In this document: piece after piece, positions 34,394-46,631 of the stretch | Layout: each line of letters begins with the position of its first letter | Numbering within the stretch: position 1 is the stretch's first letter | Origin: a virus | Length of the DNA: 64,000 bases | IMG/VR virus record: IMGVR_UViG_3300025728_000008 | Coordinates: 1 to 64,000 of that record | Reading direction: 5' to 3' (one strand) | Position numbers and translations under genes: made by a program | The notes under the pieces: generated by a model | Told to the model about the DNA's origin: nothing | Databases searched by the model: none | The model's input: the letters and a program-made list of their open reading frames with translations, nothing else

Positions 34394-36499
34394 ACAATCA
34401 TCTCCCTTGTTAAAATTAAGATTTTATTTACCAAACACCTAACAAAACACATACCCATATTAAACATGCACAAGACAATATATAACAGACAACACTTATA
34501 ATATTTCTCATTAAAACACCCTCTTTCCAATTGCTTTCTCTATGTCTTTTCTCCATTCGTTGTAAAGTTTTGTGGCATATTTATCTAAACCTAATTCTTG
34601 TATAACTTCTTTCACGTGAATTTTTAATTTGTCATAAGTTTCCTCATCGTAATCAATCTCAATCTCAAAACTTTTAACTAAGTCTTCTTTGCTTCCTGTC
34701 TCGGAATAATCAAAATCTATATCATCAATATCTTGATTGATTGAAAAGACATGAAACAATCCTTTTTCTGTTGTCAAGTATCCACACAAACCACCAAAAG
34801 CAGGAGGTGAAAATCCTCTTTCTTCCCATTTTCTCATAAGCATCTCTCCTTTGTATAAGTTAATTATACTACATTATGATTCTTTTGTCAAGCGAAAATT
34901 TTTAGACTCCGTATTTTACTAAACTACGAATTTCATCTACTGCTTTTGGATGTGCTTCTTCACATTGTTCTAATTCTTGTAAAACCTCTTTTGGAGAATA
35001 TCCTAATGAAATAGCTTCATTGAATGCATCTATTGTTTCTTGATACGTCATAGAATCATCCCATTAATCTTGCTTAATCGTTCTTCTAATGTCTCTAGGG
35101 CTTCTTTAACTCTATCATTACGCACTTTATGTGAAGCATGTTCAATATCTCCTTCAAACTCTGTATAAGCTCTAAGCTTGTAATTCATTCGTTGAATCAT
35201 TTTAAAAAGCACCATCACATCATTACCACTACGCTCATAAGTGTTGATAATGTTGAATAGCATAGCGTTATTTTCTTTACTTGCTTGCATTTTCATTTCC
35301 TGTACCTTTTTAGCAGTTTCGGATTCTGTTTGCCATTTGTCTTGTTCATACATACTCATTGAATCACCCCTATTTTACGTTTTTAAAAACTCCTTGCTCT
35401 TTCACATAATAATTATAAGTTGGTGCATATTTATCTACATAAGCCTGTGCATCATGACCATTATCAAACGATGTAATGTATGTAGAATCATTATCATCAT
35501 AATAAGCATCAAGCTTTTCAAATATACTGTAAATTGTTGCGACTCTAATAGTTTTCATTAAACCGCCCCTTTCACATATCGTCTAACGTATCTATAAACA
35601 TTATCACGTACTTCTGTATCATCCCAATCCCACTTCATAGCATCGTGATAGTATAATTCTTTAACGTTGATACCAATTTTAATTATTTCATCGTCACTTG
35701 GATTTTGACCTGTAATATCCTTATAACACATTACAATGATATCATTCATCGGCTTATCTTCTTCATTTTCTAAAGTATTCATGTATGCCAAAACCCAATC
35801 TAGCATATCGACTCTATCCATTTCTAATTCTTTTTCTAACTGTGTTCGAGTAGATTTAAGTTGTTCTTTTAATGTTTTCCATTTACCCATAACATCATCT
35901 CCTTATCTTAATTACATTTTATCACACTTCAAATCTTGTGTCAAGCGAATTATTTAATTACTTTTTCAAGTTTCTCAATAAAATAATTCAATGTATTCGA
36001 AACAGGGAAATCATAGGCTTCAAATGCTTTGTCTTTCTCTTCCTTCATTTCTGCTAAAATCTCCAGAATGCTTTCTGTGCTGTTTGGAGATAAGATAGAC
36101 CCTTTTGTATCATCAATCAACTCTCCAGAATCTATAACCTTATCTATCTCACTTCTCATGGAAAGTGCAGTGCTCTTGTATTTAACAAACACACTGTCAA
36201 TATCATTTTCATACTCATCATAGAATGCTAAAGATAAACCACTACCAATACCAGACCCACTTAACCCAATACGTACAGATGCACCTTTTTGTTTTATAAA
36301 CATTGGTGATAATTCATCATGAAATTTTTTACCCATTAGACATCTCTCCTTTTAATTTATTATTATATTCCTCTTGCATTTTTTTATCTTTCTTGTCATT
36401 ACCTAGTTCTCTACATGACCAACAATAAACTTCTGTTTCTTTTTGATTATACCAATCATGACACCATTTACATTTACACATTGCCATAAGCATTCCTCC

Positions 36500-36741
36500 A
36501 TAAAATCAGACTTTTATACAGATTTTTTAGCACCTCTAGGTAGTTTGCCAACTGTAAATGGCTTATTTAAATCTCTAGAGCATCTAAGCTCACCATTAAG
36601 ATTAACAAAGTAATAAGAGCCATCCATAATCACTTTCCGTTGGACTTGATGTATTTCTCCAAGATAATCAATTAATATAGTTTTCAATGTAGTTTCCATA
36701 GTTTTCATAGCATTACCTCCTTGATAATATGAGAATTTTAT
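36500..36741. repeat. pair of palindromic sites bracketing ORF 36514..36708
   Basis: ATAAAA-TCAGAC-TTTTAT and ATAATA-TGAGAA-TTTTAT. Confidence 0.75.
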
Positions 36742-37651
36742 CAGTCTACTCCTTTAGTCCAGTTAGCCAATAATCTTGCATGACTAATAACATGACTTTT
36801 AAATACTTTTACTAGACCTGCAACTCTCTTATTTTCTTGTGATTTTTTTGCAAATTCTTCGCTTGTAAGTTCTTCAACAATTTCATTTGTCAACTTTTGT
36901 ACTAATATAGCTTTTTCTTGTATATTCATAAACATTCCTCCTTATTCGTCATTCCAATGTGTTCCTGTCACTTTACGAACACAATCAAGCAAATGCAACT
37001 GCTTCTTTAAATCACCATCATGTAATGCATCTTCTAGAAGGTCTAGATAAGATTTAAGCTGTTCCATTTCACCTGCACCGATAACATATTGTACTTGCAT
37101 ATACATCACTCCTCATCATCATTTAAACAGTCTTCACAAGCGTTACAAGACCAACAATAAGCACATCCACAATCATTTCCACCACAATCACAACAATCAT
37201 ACATATACTCGCAATTACATGGTTTTGTCATATTATCGACTCCTTAGAATTAATGTATTTATATTCTTATTATTGTTACACCATGTACACTTACCGTTCT
37301 TTTCAATATTATAGAGTGTTAGACACGCTTTACAGCGTTTTGCTTTTGGTTTAATCATAATATCACTCTCCTATATAATATTGTAAAACATTGTTGGTAT
37401 CTATAATCTCGCCCGTTCCTTTAACATGAATATCTCCTTTTTCAGTTTGAACCGCCACACCATTATCCCAATCGTAATTAGAATGAATTGTCATATATGT
37501 TTCAACTTTCAAATAACTTGTTCTTGGTAAAACAACCTTATTCATAATTTCCCATGCTAGTTGATTAGCCATTTAACATCACTCCTTGTTTGTTTGTATC
37601 TTTATTATACAATACATTTTATGCTCTTGTCAAGCGAATGATACATTTATT

Positions 37652-38305
37652 TTAAAGAAATTTTACTGAATCAATATCTTCAACTTCAATTAATCCAGAA
37701 GATTCATTAATAATTCTAACTGCATCTCTGTCTACTGTGAAAGCAACTCTAGTATTCATAGCATTCCTTTGCTGTAATTCAGCATTGAATGTATATTGTT
37801 CATTAAATAACGCTTGCCCCGAATAACTAGTATAACACAATAATCTTCCATTTTCCTGTGTTGCTTTATCTAGAAGTGCATCAAGTCTTACTTTTTGTTC
37901 TTCTCTCATTTTTAGTACCATTTCAAGAGTAACCTTCCCTATTATTTCTACTCTTTTTCTTTTACTTATTTGTACACGTGAATTTGCAAAAGGAAAGACA
38001 TCTCTTTCTTGAGCTTTCATAATAAAATCGCCTACTTCTGGTATTTTCCCACCTTCTGCTTCACCATAAAAAGCAGATTTTTTATTTTTCATACAATAAT
38101 GATTCCATGAATCAACATAGAAAGTTACAAATTTTCTTTCCGTTGCTTCTTCTGTATGAGAAAACTTCATAACACCTACGGAATATCCATCTAGAACTAA
38201 TGTGTCTTTGTAATCCTCCTGCAATTCAAGCTGTGAAGGATAGAATCTACTCATTTTCTTATTTCCTTTTTTTAGAAAAAATGCCATTCTCTTCATTAGC
38301 ATCAA
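37652..38305 (-). CDS. hypothetical protein (N-terminal paralog of 48802..49482)
   Basis: FLKKGNKKMSxFxxSQLELQExY shared. Confidence 0.7.
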   Translation of the reverse strand: MMLMKRMAFFLKKGNKKMSRFYPSQLELQEDYKDTLVLDGYSVGVMKFSHTEEATERKFVTFYVDSWNHYCMKNKKSAFYGEAEGGKIPEVGDFIMKAQERDVFPFANSRVQISKRKRVEIIGKVTLEMVLKMREEQKVRLDALLDKATQENGRLLCYTSYSGQALFNEQYTFNAELQQRNAMNTRVAFTVDRDAVRIINESSGLIEVEDIDSVKFL

Positions 38306-38481
38306 CTCCTTGTTTTTGTTTGTACCTCAAGTATACCATTATCTTTTATGTAAGTCAACAACTATTTTCATCACCCCTTTATTATCTCAATAAGATGCAT
38401 CAAAGTTGTCATAATAGCAATACCCGTAAGGATTCCAAGTCCATATATTTTATGTCTTTCATTCATATAATCACCTCCTGC

Positions 38482-38978
38482 ATAAATCTAAAATTTTATC
38501 AATAACCAAACAATTCTCTACTAACCTCTTTAAACCCTTCTTTTTCAAGATGGCTTTTATAAATAGTCCATTCATTGCTAATGATTCTCTTGTTTGCATT
38601 GTAATGGCTACAAGTTAGACTATTACCATTATAACCAACATGTAATACGATATATGCTGTTGTATATCTTTCTGTATCTTGAGACAATACAAAGGTTTGA
38701 CCTTCTTTCAAAGTCTCATTCTTGAATTTGTTTACAACATCTAATAATATCATAACATCACCCTTTCATAAAACAATCCTTTTATCATTCTTTATATTCA
38801 AATATTGTCATAGTAAGTACGTTTAATTTACTAAAATCAACTTTCTCCAATAGTTTAACCATTGCTTTCTGTTTATCTTTAGCTTCAACATACTCAATAT
38901 CATATCCACCATTAACAGTTGCAAAAACAAATTTATAAGTATTCATAATATCTCCCCTTTATAAAAGATTTCTTTTAT
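38482..38978. repeat. array of 3 palindromic sites (38482, 38768, 38961)
   Basis: spacers CTAAAA, CAATCC, GATTTC; one ORF per unit. Confidence 0.8.
38785..38946 (-). CDS. 53 aa cassette-like ORF not in the ORF track
   Basis: MNTYKFVFATVNGGYDIEYVEAKDKQKAM...; SD AAGGGGAG; TGA overlaps site 38768-38785. Confidence 0.65.
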   Translation of the reverse strand: MNTYKFVFATVNGGYDIEYVEAKDKQKAMVKLLEKVDFSKLNVLTMTIFEYKE

Positions 38979-41548
38979 CTATAGATAATCAATCAATTTT
39001 ACATCTTTATTCAACATGTAATTCCCTTTGTAATCTATACCAATGATAGGATTGTTTTTATTTTGCATAGAAATAATATTGTCAATAAATTCTTTCTTTG
39101 TTTTGGTACTTCCTAATCCAACTAAGTATCCAACTTTACGTAAATGAGATATATCAATTCCTTGTATCTTATTATTCGGATACATTCTATTAAGATAAGC
39201 TTTCCTTTCTTCTTTATGCTTCTGATAATCTATTTGCCATTGCATCATATACATTCCTCCTATTCGATATCTAAATAAGAATATTGAACTATTCCAGACC
39301 AACAGACAGTATCCATTCTTATATCTGTAAATGTATCGTTTGTAAAGTGTATTCTCACTACCAAAGGCTTCCCCTCTGGCGAGTGGTGCGTTTCTTCTAC
39401 TTTTTTAATAGTAAACCCTTCTGCTAATCTCAAAGCCATTATAGGTATCATATAACCCCTCCTAATATTTGCTTGCTAATCTTATCAGATACACAAATCC
39501 AAGAATACATAGAAGCTTGACAATGTTTATCATTGATTCCATTTAATTTTGTCACATAATGTATAGAATATTGTTAGTTCTGTTTGGGTTAATAATTTAC
39601 CTTCATTCAATTTCTTCCAATCTATAATAATATTATCTCCATCCACTTTATAAGTTTTCTCTTCCATACAATCACTCCTTTTGTTCTTCTATTATCTTAA
39701 TAGCTATTTCTAAACCCCTCATACAACCACTCTTTTTAGTTGTATGAGGTAATTGTCTAAGTTGTGCTTTTGCTAATTCCTCGTGTAATCTGAGAAGAAT
39801 TTCAACCTTACTCATTAATATGCAAATCCAATAACTTAGCTGTCAATTGCATAAGAGATTTTCTTAATTCATCAATTCTTTCCTTAATGCTTTCTTTTGC
39901 TCCCTCATGATGTACCCGTTTTAAATCTTGTTCCAATATATTTATTTCTGATTTTACTTCTCTTATCTTTAATTGTGTGTGATGGACATGAAATTGAAGT
40001 TGTTCTTCTGGCGTTAATTCTTCTACAGTTGTATCTACATCAATGAAGTGCAATTTAAACCATGAATCATCATCTTCACTGCTCACACCATGAGGATTTC
40101 CTTGTTCATCCCATGCATACAATTCTCCATCTTGAATGTATGAAGTGTATGTTTTTCCTTTAAGGAAATAAAATAAGTGTCGTGATGAACCAAGAGGGAC
40201 ATCTTTTATACATTGAATCATACTAGTCATTAACATTACCTCCTTTAGCTTCAATCATGGCTTCAATTTCTTGTTTCAAACCATCAATCCGAGTTACATC
40301 AATCATATCCATTTGACGATGTACACGAGGGTCTAAATCAGTCATTTCAGTAAGGTTTGCCAATGCATTATATACTGCTCCACTAGCATCATCCAATTGT
40401 TTCCATACCGTTTTTAAATTGTTTACAGTTTTATTTATACGTGTCATATACATTCCTCCCGATATTTAGGTCTCACTAGCACCCGTTTTGATAATTCAAA
40501 GCACCATACTTTGCCTTCTGGTGATTCTTTTGATATATACCATGTTTGTATTCTAAATTTATCTTCTTCAAGCTCTCTTGCTTTTTCTAAAGCCTTGAAA
40601 TAGCTTGAATCCTCGATTGTCACATCAATGACTTCATAAACTGTTTTAGTTATCTTCATGCAGTGATACCAACTGGACTTCCTGTTGATTCTAAATGTTT
40701 AATAGATTCTTTCAGAATGCGTTTTGCACTGTCATATACTACATTTCCTAGTGCTAGACTAATATAACCTTCCATACCATCTCCACCAACCCAATCATCA
40801 GCAGGTGATATTTCATAATCATAACCACCACATTCTAAAGTAACTTCCATTCCACTTTCTAACAACTCAACTGCTTCATCAAATGTAATCATAAACAACA
40901 TCCTCTCTTTTGTTGATATCTTTAGTATACTATATTCTTATTCTTCTGTCAAGCGAATTATGAATAATTTTCAACAATTGTATATTTATTTGCTTTTGCT
41001 TCATCAATAGCTTCCTGTTCTGTTTTGTAGTAAATAGTTGTCAGTTGGTTGTTTCTTCCTAATAGAGAGTAATTACGACCAGAATTGAAACAATAAATAA
41101 CATATCCTCTATGAGTTAATCTGATTTGTACTTTCATCAACATCACTCCTTATAATTTTAATAAAAGGTAATCCGTTTTTATATTTCCTTGAGCAATTGT
41201 TGTAATCGTGCGATTTCTTTTTTAATTACATCTCTACGCTCCATTTTTTCATTGTCTATAGTTCTTTCATTGCTATGTTCAAATGCACATTCTAATCCTT
41301 CTATGATTGGTTCTATTCCTGTTTCAGCTTGTAATCGTATTAATACCCACCCCATAGTACTATATTTTACAGTAGAAGAAATTGTAAAGTCTTTAGTTAA
41401 AGAGCATGTTTGTAAATAAGCTCCATGACCTTTTTCATTTTCAACATTGAAATAATCTTTGCCTTTACTTGTTATTTCCCACTTACTATTATTTAGAACA
41501 TGATTTAGTACCTCTGTAAACGTCATAAACATCTCTCCCTTTATCTTA

Positions 41549-41605
41549 ATAAAATTGTGATTTTATACAAATTTCTTAGGTGGCTAAAACCCCGTCTATT
41601 AACGG
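41549..41605. repeat. composite site
   Basis: ATAAAA-TTGTGA-TTTTAT at 41549-41566, 25 bp, then CCGTCTATTAACGG at 41592-41605. Confidence 0.75.
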
Positions 41606-42069
41606 GATTCTAGCTCTTTGATTTTTTGCTCCCAATGTTCGATGCCATGCTTGTTAGTTGCTAATTGCTCAAGAATCTCAAGTCTTTCCTCTTGCATACG
41701 TTGATGATGCTTTTTAGCTTCATTTAACAATGATGTATGGATTAAATCAGCTACAGTTGCATCCTCTGGCATCGCTATTAATGGTTCAAATGTTAGGAAA
41801 TGTACTTTACCTCTTACATCATATTTATAGCGTTTATCTGCTGTGTATTCAATGTTATACTTCATAATTTTGTGGTACTCACCTTTGATGTGAATATCCC
41901 AACAATAATCTATTTGTAATCCTGTTTCATTTCTTTGAAGGATTTCATCTGTGATTGCAATGATTTCTTGATGAAGTTTTCCAATATTATCAAACTTTAC
42001 ACCTCTAAATTTTGCAGTTACCTCTGTATTTAATTGGTCAATTAACGATTTAAGTTTCATGAACACCAC
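41599..42069 (-). CDS. hypothetical protein
   Basis: ORF with SD and own sigmaA promoter at 42104-42132. Confidence 0.7.
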   Translation of the reverse strand: MVFMKLKSLIDQLNTEVTAKFRGVKFDNIGKLHQEIIAITDEILQRNETGLQIDYCWDIHIKGEYHKIMKYNIEYTADKRYKYDVRGKVHFLTFEPLIAMPEDATVADLIHTSLLNEAKKHHQRMQEERLEILEQLATNKHGIEHWEQKIKELESR

Positions 42070-42445
42070 TCCTTTGAATTTGTTTTGTTTTCTTATTATC
42101 TCAAGTATACATCATAATTATTCTTTTGTCAAGCGACTAAAATAAAATTCTTTTTAATTCTTCAACAATGTCATCTCGTGTTGGTTTATCCTGCCTAATC
42201 GTTGCAATTAAACATTCAATTTCCGTCCTCATATCATCTAAATGTTCTTGTGCTGTTACTTCTTCTGCTTCTTCTGCAAATGCATTTTCAAGCTCATCAA
42301 CTTCATCATCAATTTGTTTATATAATTCCAACACTTCATAGTTTGGCTCTGTTAAATCATAGAGGTAATTGTGGAGGGCTTTGACACCCTCCAGATTAGC
42401 CTTAGGTACGTTTACAATCATACACATATGCATTCCTCCTAAATG

Positions 42446-43504
42446 TTATTTATATGTTCGTAATGACCCATGTAACTGTTCTACGAGACTTTTTAATGAT
42501 GCTTTACTTAAAATAATTTCATCTCTACCTTGATTAATTATAACATTGTTTCCAAATTCATATACAATTGTATCACCTTTTGAATCCTCCACTTGTGCAA
42601 ATAAATCTTCTACAAAATCAGTCTCTTCTACAAAATCCCCCATAAACATTTCTTCATAATATGCTACATCTTTATATTGGTATCCACCCATTGAATTTGC
42701 AACCCATTGATTTTGTGGTGGTACTTCTGTGAATGTATGGCAGAAGTCATTGATTACCCCAAATGTTTGCATGATTAACTTTACAGTTCGTTTCATTTCT
42801 GATATCACTACATATTCTTTATCAGTATGTTCATTGTAATATCCGCATGATAAGTTGATTGCATTTACTCCTGCTTCTGAGAATGTACAAGCATCAGAGA
42901 TACCACCTTCTACACACATGTAGTCAAGTCCTGCTAACTCTGAAACGTTCTCCATGAAGTTTCCTACTTCATCACAACAGAAGGCTTGCCAACAGCCTAC
43001 AACGATGTCTTTACTACCTCTTCTGTCACATACGATTGCTAAGTCTACACCTTCATACCATTCTTCTCTAATTCTTGATGCACCCACACATCCAATTTCT
43101 TCTTCTCTTGAGAATGCTACTAATACTTTACCATTGAAGTTTACTTTATCCATGTTACGTAATACTGTTAATATGATTGCTATACCTGCTCTATCATCAG
43201 CACCTAACGCACTACCTTTTCCATCTGGCATTTGAGCACGAATACTACCATTTTCAATGATTAATTCTTTGAATAATTTCACATTGGTTACAGTGTCCAT
43301 ATGTGCTGATAATAGAACAGTTGCACCCTTACCATTTCCAAATGTCTTTTGTCCTAGTAAGTTTCCATATTCATCTACATGCATTGTATCAACTAATTTC
43401 TCTCTACATAATGTCATTGCTAAGTAATCACGTACAGGCTTTTCATTTCCAGATGTAGCATGAATGTTTAATAATTCCACTAATTGATTTTCCATTTTTT
43501 TCAT
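42446..43504 (-). CDS. M20/M28/M42-clan metallopeptidase
   Basis: SGNE, LLSAHMDTV, LGADDRAG, EEEIG and YYNEHT; start reset to MKKMENQ using SD GGAGTG and promoter 43547-43575. Confidence 0.85.
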   Translation of the reverse strand: MKKMENQLVELLNIHATSGNEKPVRDYLAMTLCREKLVDTMHVDEYGNLLGQKTFGNGKGATVLLSAHMDTVTNVKLFKELIIENGSIRAQMPDGKGSALGADDRAGIAIILTVLRNMDKVNFNGKVLVAFSREEEIGCVGASRIREEWYEGVDLAIVCDRRGSKDIVVGCWQAFCCDEVGNFMENVSELAGLDYMCVEGGISDACTFSEAGVNAINLSCGYYNEHTDKEYVVISEMKRTVKLIMQTFGVINDFCHTFTEVPPQNQWVANSMGGYQYKDVAYYEEMFMGDFVEETDFVEDLFAQVEDSKGDTIVYEFGNNVIINQGRDEIILSKASLKSLVEQLHGSLRTYK

Positions 43505-45289
43505 TCGCAACACTCCATTCGATTGTTTGTTTTTGTTCTTACCTTTATTATACATTCTATTGTTTCTTTTGTCAAGCGACTTTTTATTTTTATTTCTTTT
43601 CATTAGCATCACGCTCCATTTTCTTAATTGTATAATCCATTTCCTCAATAGCATACTTCTGTGATGGTTTATGGAAAGAATAGTCTCTTCTCCAAGGTTG
43701 ACCTTCTTCACGTTTTCTTTCTTCCGTGATATATAGTCCTGCTGGCTCACCACGCTGACCACGGATACTCATATAAATTGTGCTTCTTTGCATTTCAGCT
43801 TTATAAGATAACTTTTCATTGATGAATACACGTATTGCAGGTTGGTCTCCATATGCATAAGTTTCTTCTACTTTATAACCATTTTTCTCTGCCCATTTAC
43901 GAATTACAGTGAACGTTCTTCTTTGTTTTGTCATTCAATCATCCCCTTATTTGTTATTAAGTTAATTATATCATTATTTTATGCTCTTGTCAAACACTTT
44001 ATGCATGATATATTTCAATTTCTCCATCATCTACCTTATAATTAACGTTCAATGTCTTTCTAACTGCTTCTGCACGTTTCTTAGCTTCTTTCTCTGTTCC
44101 ATACGTATTTAAATCAAAATACGTGTCGTCATCAGTCATAAAGTTAGATACGACTTCTACAATATAACCTTCTTCATCATTCTCATCATAATTATAAATA
44201 CGAACTGTTAAATCTTGCAAATTCTTTAACTTCTTCAACTTTTGTTTCAGTTCTTTCATACTCATATTAACTTCATTTTGTAATTTATCCACTTATATCA
44301 TCCTCTCTTTTGTTGTTACCCTTATTATACACCTATTATATTCTTCTGTCAAGAGAATTATGCCAGTTTATTTTTTATTTCATTTTGTTTTTCAAATGCT
44401 CTCTCATTCATTTCATTCATTCTTCTCCAATATTTATGGTCATCACTCATATTCCAATATTCATCTATATCACTAGCCCATTTGATTTCACTATACTCCT
44501 TCAACAATGCTAAAGCTTCTACATTTGATTTAACACGTTGAGGGTTTGGGTCAAGATTATCTCCATCTATTCTTTCTACATTTATAACATCATTTTCATT
44601 TTCAATTAAAACCTCTGCATACCATCCATAATCATAATCACAAATAGTTACAACAAGCCCACCATTATGATGATATTGAACATTACTAGGATGATGAGGT
44701 AGTTTATCTAAAAAGTTTAGAATTTTATTTTGTAATTCTTCTGTGTACTTCATGCCTGTTGCCTTTTCAACATATTCTAATGCTTCACGAACATTCATTT
44801 TAGCCATACAATCATCTCCTTATATAGTGTATTTAGATAATGTTAAAGCTTTCTTTTGAGCTGATTTAAGGCTCTTATATGTTCTGATAAACTCTCCATC
44901 TCCATCATATTCAACTTCTCCATGTCTAGCTCTTACTTTATGGAAATATAAATCATACTCACCATCAGTATCATCACTGCAAATTTCTACACAATGCAAC
45001 TCTTCAAGCTTCTGCTCAATGTTGTAGTCTTCTGTTTCAAACTCTTCATCATAAGTAATTTCAGTGTTTGGTTTGCGAATGAACGATTGCATTTGTTCAC
45101 AATCAAGACCTTCCCACTGAGTGTGACCATTATGTGTGATTTCTACTCTAAAGATTACATCTTCACAAATTGTATCTACTCTATATACATGAACTGTTGT
45201 TTTAGCCATTCGACCATCTCCCTTTGTTTTGTTACTCTTAGTATACACTATATTATATGCTCTTGTCAAGCGAATGTGATAAAAAATTT

Positions 45290-45309
45290 TCCCCACTTTT
45301 AAAGTGGGG
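45290..45309 (-). terminator. intrinsic terminator-like hairpin after the Ocr-like gene
   Basis: ccccactt-ttaa-agtgggg stem. Confidence 0.5.
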
Positions 45310-45315
45310 CTATGC

Positions 45316-45822
45316 TTATGATACAAACGCTTCTTCTTTGATTTCTTCAATAATTTGATTTGCAATCTCTTCTAATGCATCAAACATATTGTTGTGGTCA
45401 TAGTCTTCTGTTTCTGATTCAATACGTGATTCAATTGCATCCTCATCAATTTCAGAAGTATCTTCATTGTCTAAGTAGTCATTAACTTTCTTTGCTACAT
45501 AATTGAAACACAATGCATCCATATTCTCATATATCAATTGGCTATAATATTGATAATAACCTGCTTGGAATATTTTAATTAAATCCACTGTACCATCTTC
45601 ATTTGCTCCTGCAATTCCTTCTTCTATTGCGCTTTCAATATGGTCTTGAATATCAGAAGCATATTTCCATACATCATAGTTGTAAATAGGTATTGCTCCA
45701 TCTGCAATCTTTGTTACTTCATCACAAATGTAGTCAGAGCCATCTTTATCATAAAACTCATCCAATACATCCTCTTCATCATTTAAAATATTATTTAATT
45801 CATATCCTTTTAATTCAATCAT
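45316..45822 (-). CDS. Ocr-like acidic DNA-mimic (anti-restriction) protein
   Basis: very D/E-rich; DxxDxxxxxADxAxPxYxxD...DxxxIxQAxxY pattern aligns by eye with T7 gp0.3. Confidence 0.65.
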   Translation of the reverse strand: MIELKGYELNNILNDEEDVLDEFYDKDGSDYICDEVTKIADGAIPIYNYDVWKYASDIQDHIESAIEEGIAGANEDGTVDLIKIFQAGYYQYYSQLIYENMDALCFNYVAKKVNDYLDNEDTSEIDEDAIESRIESETEDYDHNNMFDALEEIANQIIEEIKEEAFVS

Positions 45823-46326
45823 GTTAGCATCTCCCTTTCTGTTGTCGATTGTTATTATATCATTATTCTATGCACCCGACAACAGAAAGATGACTGCTAT
45901 TTAAAACTAATTTTAATTTACTTTGTAATTCAATCCATAAACCAATGTCATTGCATAGTTTATGTACTGTTCAACGTTCTTTCCTTTACCTGTACTAATA
46001 GCTGTTTCAACAATCTCTTCTGCCATATACTTGCTTACTCCACGTGTCATAACACTCTTTACATACTTTTTATGCATCACTTCATTATACATATTCTTCA
46101 CGCTCCCGTTTGTTTGTTATATCATTAGTTTATGTGCCTATGTATTTGTCTGATACCCAATTTTGAAATTTTCTTTCAATAGTCCAATCATGACAACCAA
46201 AACAACCAGAAACAATCATGACAAGGTGAAATAAAATTTCATCTGTACTAGTTTACCATTAGTACAACTCTGTAATAGTACAGCATTATAACAGAACAAA
46301 GAAAAACCCACTAATAATAGTGGGTG

Positions 46327-46581
46327 TCAATGGTTATTGTTGTTGTTGATATTGTTCACTGTTACCTGTACTGGTGCTCTACTGGCTAGTAAAACATTCT
46401 TGTAATCAACACGCCCACTTAGAAGAAAGAAGTCTGCTATCCATAGGAAGCCTAAACCGCCCAATGTAAAGAGTTGTAATAATCCCATACCTATATCCCC
46501 TACATAAAATCTCCCTGCTCCTAGCACCCCGAAGAATGTGTGTAAAAGATACGCTACGAATTTACTCTTCATAGTTATCAA
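46327..46581 (-). CDS. TM2-domain membrane protein
   Basis: KSKFVAYLL..FFGVLGAGRFYVG..GMGLLQLFTLGGLG. Confidence 0.85.
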   Translation of the reverse strand: MITMKSKFVAYLLHTFFGVLGAGRFYVGDIGMGLLQLFTLGGLGFLWIADFFLLSGRVDYKNVLLASRAPVQVTVNNINNNNNH

Positions 46582-46631
46582 TCTCCTTTATTCATGATGT
46601 ATTTATATAAAGACACAATTGTGTCAAGAAC

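Larger units (their letters stand above)
33798..34427. repeat. array of 4 palindromic sites (33798, 33985, 34173, 34410)
   Basis: spacers TTGAGT, GTAAAC, GTAAAA, TTAAGA; periods 187, 188 and 237 bp, one ORF per unit. Confidence 0.85.

Noticed and set aside
33798-34427. Periodic repeats as a CRISPR array
   Set aside because: The repeats are only 18 bp with a variable centre, the spacers are about 170-270 bp and encode ORFs, and there are no cas genes.
40656-40901. Tad2-like anti-Thoeris protein
   Set aside because: Only the first helix (FDEAVELLESG) resembles it; the RxGWNG-type motif is absent.
41161-41182. ATAAAA-N10-TTTTAT as a member of the site family
   Set aside because: The spacer is 10 bp rather than 6; right context but not counted.
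43505-43762. N-terminal extension of the peptidase ORF (also 44820..45365, 32497..32829, 24376..24612, 50446..50808)
   Set aside because: The extensions run through promoters, intergenic DNA or upstream genes; internal SD+ATG give shorter true starts.
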